Shown here: in pieces, positions 42,146 to 53,983 of the stretch
Numbering within the stretch: the first letter of the stretch is position 1
Layout: the number at the start of each line of letters is the position of its first letter
Source: Zygnema circumcarinatum SAG 698-1b
Lineage: Eukaryota; Plantae; Zygnematophyceae
Reading direction: 5' to 3'
Length of the DNA: 64,000 bases
Assembly (NCBI GenBank): GCA_037447605.1
Contig: CM074804.1
Span: 2,666,001-2,730,000 of the forward strand
Made by a program: the position numbers and the translations under genes
Notes under the pieces: generated by a model
What the model was told of the DNA's origin: nothing
Seen by the model: only the letters and a program-made list of their open reading frames with translations
The model's database searches: none

Positions 42146-43783
42146 AGAGCCTTGTCTGTCCTATGTGTTGGGAGGGAGGTGTGATGTTGGAGCAGAGAGA
42201 GAGGAGGGTGAAATTGGAAGGGAGAGAGAGGGAGAGAGAGGAGGGGTGAGGGCTAGATAGCTGGACTTTGCGAAATGGGGGTGTTAAGAGGGAGAGGATT
42301 TGGCTGCTGTTTTGTTGACGGTTTAAGAGGAAGACTTGTTGACTGATGGTAGAGCAGAAAATTTTATAAGAGGGAAGGGACAGAGGGAGAAGTCAGAGAG
42401 TGGGGGAGAGATCAAGAGATCGAGAAAGAAAGACGGAGAGGGAGGGAGAGAGCGCGCGACATGCAGAGGCTGAGACAGAGTGAGAAAAAGAGGTGGAGAA
42501 TGTACCTGGCAACATGTTTGGTATAGATAGGCCATGGCGGATATATCGGTCGACGTTGTTATTTCTGACATTGGAGGGGACGTGAAAATCCGATCCGTAA
42601 GGTGCTCTCGGTCTAACGGAGCAGCATATTATGGAGATGGGTGTAGGGTTTAGAGTTTCAGGAGCACCTTCATCTCTATAAGCTGGCGACGGCCTCCTGT
42701 TTAGCCGGAGAAATTATTTTTTGCCGCCATTCATTTTCTAATAGGACTGTCCGGTTGTCTCGTTTCCTTTCTCTGTCGTGTTGTTCAGCGGAATCCGCGT
42801 ATTTGCAGATCCGTCAGTCACTGACATCTAAACTTTAAACCTTTTTAAACCCCCTCACTTTTCATAAGGAACTAAACTGTCGCACACGACGCATATGTCG
42901 TTTCACAACTTGCAAGTGACGGCGCGTGTGCGATGCGAGGCAGAGGTCGAGGCGGTGCTGCGCCGCACTTCTGCGCCCGTCGGGCGGTGCGTTCCACATT
43001 GTGCGACGCGCGTGCCCTGTCTGGAGGGCCGTCAGGTTCACGTGTGCAATCGCGCATTCGAGGCGAAGTGAGGCACACCTCACTTAGGCGTCACAGTGCC
43101 ACGTGATCCTCGCTGTGGGATACAAGTCAAGTCCATAGTCAATACAAGTCACACGATGGGGATCGTTGGCACTCGGAAACATTCCAAAGTTTAGACGGTG
43201 TCTAATTATGAAATAGTATAGCCCAGACTGATTTCTCACTTGTGAAGAAGCCTGGCCTGGACGCAATCCTAATTTATCGCTAGTGTTTTGAGTTTAAATA
43301 TATTCAGGCCTATTCTAATCTAAACATACCAAAAATTGAGAGCTTTACAATTTAACTGGCCCAGACGAATGGTCCTGGCCGGTGTGCCATCGAATGTGAG
43401 GTACAGTAAACGAAAATGGCATTGAACTCACGATGGCGAGGCATCACATGTACATGAACAAAAGCAGCATGGGGAACCACGAGGGACTGGTCGCAAAGGA
43501 CCATGTGAAGGGTTGGCTCGGATCCCCCAATTGGCGCACAGTGTTTGGCCAGTTCTAGGCGATGATTCCGACCAATGATAGGCGCCCCCCAAAAGGCCTT
43601 CTCCCGCCAAGTCTACTTCTCTTGCGGCCGTTCTCGGCCGAACTCTCCTGAACCCTAATTCTGACGAGCGGGCGAGCTAGAAAGAAAGAGAGGGGAGCGA
43701 GGGAGAGAGAAGGAAGTGACAAAGAGGGGAAGGGAGTGGGAGAGTGAGAGATAGAGACGTAGATAGGGGGAGAGGGTTGAGCC

Positions 43784-45479
43784 ATGGCGTTTCTGCAGCA
43801 GCTGGGGGGCTCCCTGAGGAGGGCGGCGGCAGGAGGAGGAATGCAGGGCGCGCTGGCGCCCGCGCTGATGAGCTTCCAGCGCGCCATGTCCGGCTCCAAG
43901 CTCTTCATCGGAGGTCAGGAAAGGGGGCAGAGTTCAGGATTTAGGGTTAGGGACGGGCTGGCTGTAGAGCTTGTATGAGATTTATGGAGGTTGTAGGCGA
44001 TCCTGGAATATGGCTGGGGTGGCGAGTGGGGTTTCATGAATTGAATGAAGGGAGATGGAGGAAGGAGAGGAGGGGCTGTGGGAGAGTGGGGGAGGGGTGG
44101 GAGCGGGGAACTAGGAAAGAGAAATTGGGGGAAGGAGAGGGGGAGAGAAGAGGGTACGAGGGGCGGTAGAGACGTGAGGAGAACGGGGGGAGAGTGGGTA
44201 GGGAGAAGGGGGAGAGAGAGGAGTGGAAGAGAAGGGGAGGGAGGGGGGGAAGCAGAGAGGGCGAGAGTGGGAGGGAAGTAGGGAGGGGTGACGTAACTGG
44301 GGGGGGAATGAAGAGTAGAAGGACAAGAGGTGAGGAGAGGGAAGGATTGGAAGCTGTGAGTATGTTGTTGATATTGCTGACGTCGTCGTGGTTTGTTGTA
44401 ATGGTTTAGGGCTGGCTTGGGAGATGGACGAGCAGACCCTAAAGGACGCGTTTTCGTCCTTTGGAGAAGTGGAAGAAGGTTCGAATATGCATCAGCAGGC
44501 AGTGATGTTGCGAGTGTGATGCATCGCTTGAGCGTGGTTGCCCTATTACGCACTTTTGTTCCCCGTTTCTTTGGATCAAATTGCAGCTTTTAGTATTTAT
44601 TGGAGCTATAACACGATTGATATTTTTGCATTATGATAGCAATATCATTTTGACTGTACCCTCCTACCTTTTCCCCTTCTTTCTCTCTCTCCCTCTCTCT
44701 CCTTCCCCACCCCTCTCTCTCTCCCACTCACTCTTGAAACGTCATTGTTTAACATTTTGGTTCCTTTTTTTTGTGATTGAATAATTTCGCGGACAGCACG
44801 TGTCAGATCCCCCCGAGTGTTTTTTGCTTTAGGCTGGAATTTGGAACTTTTATGACTGCCGTTGCTTTCAATTCTGCGTATGCACTCTAATTTTCTTAAA
44901 TTCAGATAAATTAGAACTCTTTGGGGATTTAGCTGCCGCATTTGTTCTTTCCGCCCCATTTTCCTTAGAGTTCTTGTGTCGCTTTTTTTATTTGATAACA
45001 AATAGATTTTTCTTTTCCCTCGCTTCCTTTTGGGGCCAACAGTGAATATTGTTTTCGATCGAGAGACCGGAAGGTCCCGGGGCTTCGGATTCGTCGGTTT
45101 CTCTAATAGCGAATCCGCGAGTGCTGCCATGCAACAGATGGACGGCCGAGTATGTAATTAAAAAATAATTAATATATCTGAATATTTTTTTGTAATGTTT
45201 CAGCTTGTGTGTTGTTTAAAGTATCGTAGTATTTAATTCTTCATGTTGTTAATGTTCGTGTTCTCACAGGATCTGGGTGGAAGGACTATCCGAGTCGACT
45301 ACGCTACGGAGAGAGCGGACGGAAACTCGCGAGGGAGAGGAGGGGGAGGTGCATATGGGGGAGGAGGATATGGAGGGAGAGGTGGTGGGGGAGGAGGGTA
45401 CCGAGGGGGCTATCGTGGAGGATGGGGAGGAGGTTATGGGGGAGAGAGCGATGGAGGATATGGGGGAGGGGGCTACTAG
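43784..45479 (+). CDS. Glycine-rich RNA-binding protein, copy 2
   Basis: Exons 43784-43913, 44410-44478, 45043-45149, 45270-45479; intact ORF and splice sites. Confidence 0.95.
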
Positions 45480-47676
45480 GGAGCCTCGTCTGTCCTTTGT
45501 ATTGGGAGGGAGGTGTGATGTTGGAGCAGAGAGAGAGGGAGAGAGAGGAGGGGTGAGGGCTAGATAGCTGGACTCTGCAAAATGGAGGTGTTGAGAAGGA
45601 GAGGAGTTGGCTGCTGTTTTGTTGACGGTTTAAGAGGAAGACTTGTTGACTGGTGGTAGAGCAAAAAATTTTAGAAGAGTGAAGGGACAGAGGGAGAAGT
45701 TAGAGAAGTGGGGAGTGATCAAGAGATCGAGAGAGAAAGAAAGACGGAGAGGGAGGGAGAGAGAGAGCGACAGAGAGAGGCTGAGAGTGAGAAAGAGAAA
45801 AAGAGGTGAAGAATGTACCTGGCAACATGTATGGTATAGATAGGCCATGGCGGGTATATCGGTCGACGTTATTTCTGACATTGGAGGGGACGTGAAAATC
45901 CGATCCTTAAGGTGCTCTCGGTCTAACGGAGCAGCATATTATGGAGATGGGTGTAGGGTTTAGGGTTTCAGGAGCACCTTCATCTCTATGAGCTGGCGGG
46001 AGAGATTATTTTTTGCCGCGATTCATTTTCTAATAGGACTGTCCGGTTGTCTCGTTTCCTTTCTCTGTCGTGTTGTTCTGCGGAATCCGTTTACATGCTG
46101 GTCCGTCAGTCTCTGACATCTAAACTTCAGCGAGAATGTCGTTTTGAACCCCCTCACTTTTCACAAGGAAGCAAACTGTCACACACGACGCATATGTCTG
46201 TTTACGCGCGATGCGAGGCAGAGGTCGAGGCGGTTCCGAGCCGCTCTTTTGCGCCCACCGGGCGGTGCATTGCACGGAGTGCGACGCGCGTGCTCTGTCT
46301 TTAGTGTCGTCAGGTTCGTTCACGTCTGCAATCGCACATTCGAGGCTCCTCGCTTTGCGACAGTCACGCGATGTGTGCCTTGTGTTCAGTCACACGACGG
46401 GGATCGTTGGCACTCGGAAACATTTTAAAATCTGGACGGTGTCTAATTATGAAATAGTATAGCCCAGACAGCTTTCTCACTTATGAAGTAGCCTGGCCTG
46501 GACGCAATCCTAATTTATCGCTAGTGTTTTGGACTGAAAAATATTGACGACTGTACTAATATAACCATACAAAAAATCGAGAGCTTCGCAATTTAACTGG
46601 CCCAGACGAATGGTGTTTTCTTGCCGGTGTGCCATCGAATGTGAAGGTTGGTTCGGATCCCCCAATTGGCGCACAGTATTTTGATGATTCCGACCATTGA
46701 TGGGCGGAATGACCAATCATCGGCAATGGTTGGAACCATTGGATGCCAATAGTTGCCAACCATTGGAATGGTTGCGAACGGGCAATAGCTGGCCGTCCGA
46801 TGGCTGGCCAACGGTTGCCGATCCAAGCAAGGGTCGGTGGATCGGCGGTTGAACATAAACCCGCGCCCAACTCGTCGCCATGATCCATCCGCCCTGCGGT
46901 GACCAGCGACCGGCTCACAAGGGACAGGAAAGCAGAGAACAAAGCCGGTCGTGATGTCAGGAGCGGAGGGTCATGACCCCCGGTCATGAGATTTACTTTT
47001 ATCCACCAACCCCATGCATAAATCGTCATCACCAGTCCGAATCACAGTTAAACAGAAACAGATGAGGAAGATCAAGAGCCAGAGAGGGAGGGGAGGGGAG
47101 GGAGTGCGGAAGGGGGAGGGAGGGAGGGGAAGGGGAATGGGGTGGGAAGGGAGAGAGAGCGAGAGCGAAAAATCGAAGGGGCCAACATTGGGCTCATAAT
47201 TGTATATACTGAAAACGTTCCCGGCATCTCTCTACCCCTCTTTCTCTCTCTCCCTTAAATGAACGAATGAATGGCAATATAGGACAAGTCGCACCTTCCT
47301 ACCTCCTACTGCAAGTCAATGAATCCTTCCAGATGAAAAGAACAGAAGTCGCTAGCCCTCCCCACCCCGTAACTTGCTATCCACAATTTAGCCGACATTT
47401 AAGCCAAGCTGCTGACAAGCAAACTGGTCTCCATTTTGATCCAAATTAATTTCAATGCGGGTCCTCCTCCCCCCTTCCCCCCCCCTTTAAGGGGAAGGCC
47501 TTATTTCGTTATCGACCCTTTTTCTTCTCCAAAGCCTACTGCAACATGCTGCAACGCCGAACATTTTCCCTCTTCCTTTCCCCCCCCCCACCATCCCCCT
47601 CCACCACCAGAAACCTCTCCCCCTCAACTCTCCCACTCCCTCTCGCCCTCCCCCGCTCTCCCTCCCTCTCCCTCCC

Positions 47677-50095
47677 TCATGCATACGCATCCGCAGCTGG
47701 CCACCCGTCGATCCCCTTCACCCACGGTCTCGCCAGCCTGTGATCTCTCTCTCCCTCTCCCCTCCCTCTCTCCCTCCCTCCCGGCAGACTCAGCAGCTTC
47801 CTCTGCCCCATCTTCTTCCTCTCCCTCTGCTCCTTCTCCTCCTTCATCTTCCTCAGCATATCTTTCTGCTCTTCTGTCTTATGCAGCAACCCTATTCCAT
47901 ACCTCAGCCTCCATGGGTCCACCTGCCAGTCATACGAGCGGTAGTGGTTTTCCGCATGTTTCAGCAGCGCCGCCTCCTTGCCCCTGAACCCCGCGTCCCA
48001 GCTCGCAATAAAATCCTTTTTAGCGCAAAAAGGAGCTTCCGGGGTTTCTATGTGCCTCCAGTAGCAGCCCTGAATGTAAAGGTCCCTGAACGCCGAATAG
48101 AACGGCTCTTCGTTCCAGTCAATGGGGACTTTGCCCCCCAGAGTGGCCCAGCTGGAAGCTTCCCAGATGCTTCCCATCAGGAACATTGGGAGGTTCGGGA
48201 ACGTGCCCGACAAGTTCGGATTTTTTTCCTCCCTAATCGGAATGCCATCTATGAGCCACCTGCAAATAAAAAAAGAATCACCATCACCAGAAAACCCTAA
48301 TCGTTACTACAAACCGGCAAAAATACAACATGAGAGACGACATTTATAAGTGATGCAAATTGCTAATTCTCGCAACACCTTTTCATTACTACAGGAGGGC
48401 GAAAAATCCCTCTCAGAAAAGGGCAAAAACGCAAGGATTACGCGTTGACTTACACAATGTGGTCCCAGTTGAGGTGTATGGAGTACTCATGAAAGTCGGC
48501 GCCCGGGTCAAACCACAACTGATGGCGCTGCTCGTGGTCTCCAATCCCTCCCGCGTACCAGTTCGTTTGAACAACGATCCCGGCAGAAGTCGTGTTTCCC
48601 AACATCTCAAAGTCAATCTCATCATGCAAGTCAACGCCCTGTTCTGTCCACTTCTGGTCCCATGCCGACATCAGCTGCAAAAGGACAGAATAACAGAGGT
48701 TGACATACATTGACTTTGACTTTTGGCATTGGTTCTGCAAGTTCGGGGCAGCTGCTAGCTAACCGGAGAGAGAGGGAACGAGGGAAATCGGGCAGGAGAA
48801 TACAATGGAAAAGTAACGGGAAACGGGTAACAAAGGATTTTAAAACGTACGTAAAATGCAGTAATCACGCCTGCAGAAAATCCGGATGGAAGTTTAAGTT
48901 TTCCACCAAACCGGCCATGGAACATGGGGTTCTTTGAGGAGAATCCCGAACCTGCCAACCGGCGAGAACGCATGTGAACGGAAATTCGGTTACATGGATA
49001 TCACTTCGATTCGGGCACAGATTCAGTTAGGTGACATCTTTTTAAAAACAGAGACGGCCCACTTTCAGCCCTACTGGCTTACATTGCTCAGGAAAATGCG
49101 GCTTAAGGTGCTCAGTAGAAAGCTTTTTGGCCAGTTTGAAAATTTCCTTCATTGGGGGACTTAGGGGTTTCAGGGTTGCAAGTAAAGTTGTCTCCAGTTG
49201 TCTTTAACTTTCAGTCTCGAATAAGTTAAGCCCAATTGTTTCTCCGGCCCCGCTAATAATCACTTTTGTTGGCGAGGAGCAAGTAAAAGTTACTGATATA
49301 AAAAAAAAGGGAAGGCTTTTTTTGCGCAAAAAAAGATAAATGGTGCCGCCGAATTGCCCACACAATCCTTCCACACCCCAAACCTCTCTTTCTCTCTACA
49401 TCTCTCCCCTAAAACTTTCCTCTCCCTCTCTCCAATTTCTCCCTCCCGCTCCTCTTTCTCTCTCTAACCTATTCTCATCTTCCTAATTAGATCACATCCC
49501 TCACTCTGCCTCTCCCCTCAGAATCATCTCTTTCCTTCCTCCCTCCCTCCCTTTCTCCCCCTCCCTCTCGCTTGTCACCCTCCCCTCAATCCACTCACCT
49601 CCCTTTTCCTCCCACCCCTTTCAACCCACCCTCTCCACCCCTTTACACCTTCCCTCTCTCATTCTCTCCCCTTTATCCTCTCCCCTGCTCCCCCTCTTTA
49701 CCCAAGTCCCACCTTTCCCCCTTTCCCTTTCCTTCCTCCCCATCTCCCTTTCCCTCCCTCTCCTACTTCCCCTCTCTAGGCCTCTTCCTACCTTCCCCCC
49801 CTTCCCCTCTCCCTCCCCCCATTTCCCGCTCTCGGCTCCCTCCCCTAATCCCCCCTCCACCCCCCTTCAAGCCCCACAGCGACGCAGCATTACCTGAGCG
49901 CCGCGTGAGCTTGAGCGCGATGATGTCCTCGTCCTCGCCCCAGCGCTCGGGCTCGCCCGTGGTCCACGAGAAGATGAAGTTCTTGTCGAAGTCGTCCGCC
50001 CGCGCCCTCCCCCTCCCCCTCCCCCCCAGCGCGAGCAGCGCCGCGCACCACAGCGCCGCCCGCACCCGCACCCGCGCCGCTCCGGTGGGCCCCAT
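47677..50095 (-). CDS. XTH: Xyloglucan endotransglucosylase/hydrolase (GH16 plus XET_C-like extension)
   Basis: Exons 50095-49894, 48951-48851 (101 nt, as in plant XTHs), 48674-48454, 48259-47677. Signal peptide, SAGVITAFY, catalytic HDEIDFEMLGN, N-glycosylation sequon NTT, WFDP, GSIWEASSWAT.GG. Confidence 0.93.
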
Positions 50096-50251
50096 TCCCC
50101 GGAGCGCCACGGCAGGAGGGAGGGCGAGGGCGAAAGGGAGAGGGAGAGGGAGTGGGAGAGGGAGGGGGAGAGGGAGAGGTAGTGGTAAGGAGAGGGAGAG
50201 GGAGGGCGGGAGAGCGGCGGTGTCAGCGGACCTACTTCCGAATGCGCAGTG

Positions 50252-50345
50252 CCGTACACTCAGGGCGTTTGAAAATGTACGGACCGACGGTGCCGTACAG
50301 ACAATGTGAACGGAGGCCAAGTACTGTACGGCCTCTAGTGTACGG
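50252..50345. promoter_or_regulatory. Cluster of five CCGTAC/GTACGG (SBP/SPL-type) sites upstream of XTH
   Basis: Sites at 50252, 50277, 50293, 50326, 50340, plus GTAC at 50321. Confidence 0.5.
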
Positions 50346-52688
50346 ACGGCGCAGCGAGGGCCCGCGCGCGTTTGAATGCGCGAGGACGGACGCGGCCATG
50401 GCCCGCACGTGCGGGGGAGCGGGACGTGACGTGACATGACCGCTTCGAGGCTAATCTGCCACGCGGTGGCGCAGAAGAAATGCCACGTGGCAGCGCGCCT
50501 GTCAGCGTCAGCCGGCTGTTCCCGCCCGGGCCAATGGAGCCCATGACACGTGTCACGCCTGACCACGGGCAAAAAATAAAGTACCCTCATCAGCGGACAG
50601 CCAATGGGGGGCCTCCATCACGTGACGCGAAGAATTTTGGCGCTTTCTGGGCTTTAAAGCCACCCGGCGGACACTAAATGTAAATTTTTCCGGACGGCGG
50701 GCATTGGCCGCCCGCCGGTCGACCGTTGGGGAGTGTAGTGTACGGCACTGTGATACGACACGGAAAATGCGGTTCGTCTTCCGGCGCACGCCGAGCACGT
50801 GACGGCCAGTTGCGGGCGTGGAACTGTCGAGCGTGACAGCGGACGTGATGACGTCATCTGTAGAAAGAGGCCGTACAAGCAAGGCAGATCTTATGCATAG
50901 CGACAAAAATGTCAAATGTCGGTGCGGCGCCAGAAAGCGCTGGAAGGTCGTGTCAGGCGGAAGGATTTTCTGTACAGATCCGTGAGAACGTGCCACGTGT
51001 CACACGGAGGCTCTCCGTTCCGTTTTCGCAGTTGAACGGTGCGGACTGACCTTCGCCGTCGGATCCATGGAACGAGCGCGGCGTTGGCGGAACTGCGGCG
51101 ACGCGGGCGCGTGGGGAGGAACAGCCGGATGGACCCCTGCGCGCCGCGCCATCGCCGCGCCTCCTCGCCGGTCAGACGGTCCGCCCGCACGGCCGGCGTG
51201 TGGGCCACATGGAAACGGGCGGCGCGTACCGCGCCGGGACGGGAGGGAGAGAGAAAGAGAGCGGAGGGGGCGGACTGCCGCCGGGTCGTCGGACCGCGCG
51301 GTGGTGGCGCGGTGGCGCCCGCGCGAAGCCGTCAGGCGGGAGGGAGGGAGGGAGGGAAGGAAGGAGGCGGCCTCGAGCCGCGACGGACACCTCCGGGATG
51401 CGCAGATCGTGCGGTCCTGCTGTGGGCTGCGGGAGGGGGCCTACTGGGGGGGTTACTGAGGGGCTTACTGCCTGCTTGGCTGCCTGCTGCAGAGCCGCCG
51501 GCTACCTGGTCAGTTTAACGCCTTTCACTCTATTATGTCCGCCAGCACTTCCTTGCTCGACGGGTTTTTCTTAAAGGTAAAGAAGTATCGTCATAAACAA
51601 TTAAAATATCTTCCTTGTTTCAAGTAAAATCGCCCAAGTAATTGATCAATGTTTCTCCTGAGTGATTTAGTAAGGGCTCTAGCCATTTGTAGACTTTGGT
51701 CAAAGACTGGACCGCACCGCGCTGCGACAACGACCGGCGTTCACCTCGCCATGGCGGGCGGCGCCACTCGATGGACCGCGCGGCCATGGACAGAAGCACG
51801 CGAAGGGGAGTCCGGCGAGCCGACGAAATGTAGAGGCGATGCGAGCCGGTCCCAACTGCCCGCTGAAGGAGGACCGGGAGGAAAAACTATACCTAGGTCT
51901 CACACTGCCGTACAGCTCACAAAACAGCCGCTTTGGTCGCCAGCACGTGGGGCCCGCCCATCGCGCTGAGGGGCGGGAGGTCGTCGGGCGGTCAACAAAT
52001 GCCGCAGCCTCAAGATGGCGCACGGCTCATCTCTCAGCACCTTCTACTATGCAGCACACCGCCGTCAGCACGCGGGTGATTACACACGAATTATTCAACA
52101 CAACATGGCACAAAACTCATCCAAAGGTTCCCTTTTCATTATCCGACTTCATATAATCATCATATGTAGTCTTAATGCCTCTCAAAGAACAAGAAAAAAA
52201 ATAATTTCTGGCTAGATTTCAGACTTTCGCAGTTCTTATGAAGCCAGAATCTCGGCGGAGGAGAGTGAGGTGCGGAGGACTTCAAACCCCGCGAGGGACC
52301 CTTCCGTGAATTGTACACCAAACCGCGCACTGGAACTACTACGATTCACATGCGAACGGAAGGGACCCCGTTCAGACTGTGTAGTCTCGTGACACAACAC
52401 GGAACGGCGGGTAACACCCGCCGTCCGATTTCTGCAGGTGCGACCGCCCCAGTGCGCCGACACGCGCACCGACACGCGCGCTACACGACAAGATTCCATC
52501 CTCTCGACAAAGATTTGCGGCGCCGCCTCACCGCGGTGGAGCCCACCGGCCGCCGCCCTGACTCGGACGGCCCCTGACAGGCGGAGCGGCGCGCTCTGAC
52601 GGGGTCCCCTTCAGCGGCCAATCGCGAGGCGGGAATGGTTGCCGGGAGACCGACCAGGGCCAGAAATTGAAGAAGTGAGTTTACTCAA

Positions 52689-53606
52689 GGGTAGTGATAT
52701 TTCCACCCCTTTTTTGGATCCAAACACCCCTTCCCGGCCGGGCAGAGTTCAAAAAGGATTAAAAACGGAAAATGCTTTCTTCACACCTTTTTGGAATCGA
52801 TACCACCCTCCATCGGCAGATTTTATTTCTGCGAAACAAGGAAAATGATAACCCGTCACCCCATTTGAATATCCCGCCTACCTGAATTTTTTTTCACGCG
52901 TGCGGTCAATCGCAGCCGTCGATTCCCTCGCAGATCGCAACACGGCAGATCACTATTTGATCTGCAGCCGGGCTCGGTCACAGCGCATGGCACGTGCCGA
53001 CGTATCCCGCCAAAAGTCCTCTCAAACGTTTGTCCGTACAAATGTCGTACGGTCGAACTTGAGGAACCCAAAAAATCGTACATTGAGATCTTAAACCAAT
53101 CAAAATTTTCCACGTCGAAAATTAAACACGTGGCAGATGTTGATTGGCTGAGAGCTAACAATGACGAGATCTCGGGCCGAGGGACGCGCGCACTCGCACG
53201 TGCGATCCGGCTTTGGCGGGACTCGTGGGCGCTTTCCATTCGCTAAGATCGAGCCCGGCTGCAGATCGAACGGTGATCTGCAGTGGTGTGATCTGCGAGG
53301 GAATCGACAGCTGCGATTGACACACATTACGTGGTGGACGAATCTGCCGCTCCGAGCGGATTCGGGCAGGCAGATATTTCTTTCCCGCAAAAAAAAAATT
53401 CAGGCAGGCGGGATACAGTATTCAAAATGCGATGACGGGGTATCATTTTCCTTGGTTAGCAAAAATAAAATCAGCCGACGGAAGAAGGTGGGTATCGATT
53501 CCAAAAAGGTGTGAAAAAAGCATTTTCTGTTTTTAATCCCTTTTGAACTCTGCCCGGCCGGGAAGGGGTGTTTGGATCCAAAAAAGGGGTGGAAATATCA
53601 CTACCC
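52689..53606. mobile_element. Fold-back Mutator-like non-autonomous element B1
   Basis: TIR starts GGGTAGTGATATTTCCACCCC, ~205 bp close match with symmetry to ~290 bp; perfect 8-bp TSD TTACTCAA. Confidence 0.93.
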
Positions 53607-53983
53607 TTACTCAATTTCTCAATTCTCTCAACCTTATGGAATAGGGTTGAACTTTGAACACTCGAGGTCGACGTTTTCTATATAAAGGAGGCGAAAAGTT
53701 TAAGAAAAAAACTTCAGAGGGACTCGATTGGTTCGATCGCAGGTGTGGATTCTACTTTCTGCCACGTTGGTTCGTGCGATTCGAGGGATCCGGTTAACGT
53801 GGGCCCCAGTTTTGCCGTACGACTGTCCCCGCGAGGCGATCAACAATTTCTGTACGAAACTCCAGGTCGACACGCTTTACGATCCGCTAAAATCTCATTG
53901 TTGATCGGTGAACCAAAGGAAAACTCAAATTGAACACGAACGATAATTACTGATCAATGTTTAATTGGTTCTCCTAAAAACTA

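Larger units (their letters stand above)
40039..46705 (+). repeat. Head-to-tail segmental duplication (units ~40039-43580 and ~43581-46705)
   Basis: Collinear homology covers the 5' flank, gene, introns and ~1.3 kb of 3' flank. Confidence 0.92.

Noticed and set aside
42599-43121. Telomerase-RNA-like locus on the minus strand (CCCTAAACCCT word, pseudoknot, USE-like ATCCCACAGCG at 43121-43111)
   Set aside because: No TATA box at Pol III spacing, the USE-like word is not retained in copy 2, and telomere-like words are common throughout the window.
50900-52600. GC-rich ORFs upstream of XTH (e.g. 51039-51518, 51649-51969)
   Set aside because: Arg/Ala/Gly-rich frames expected from high GC content, open on both strands, with no motif or splice support.
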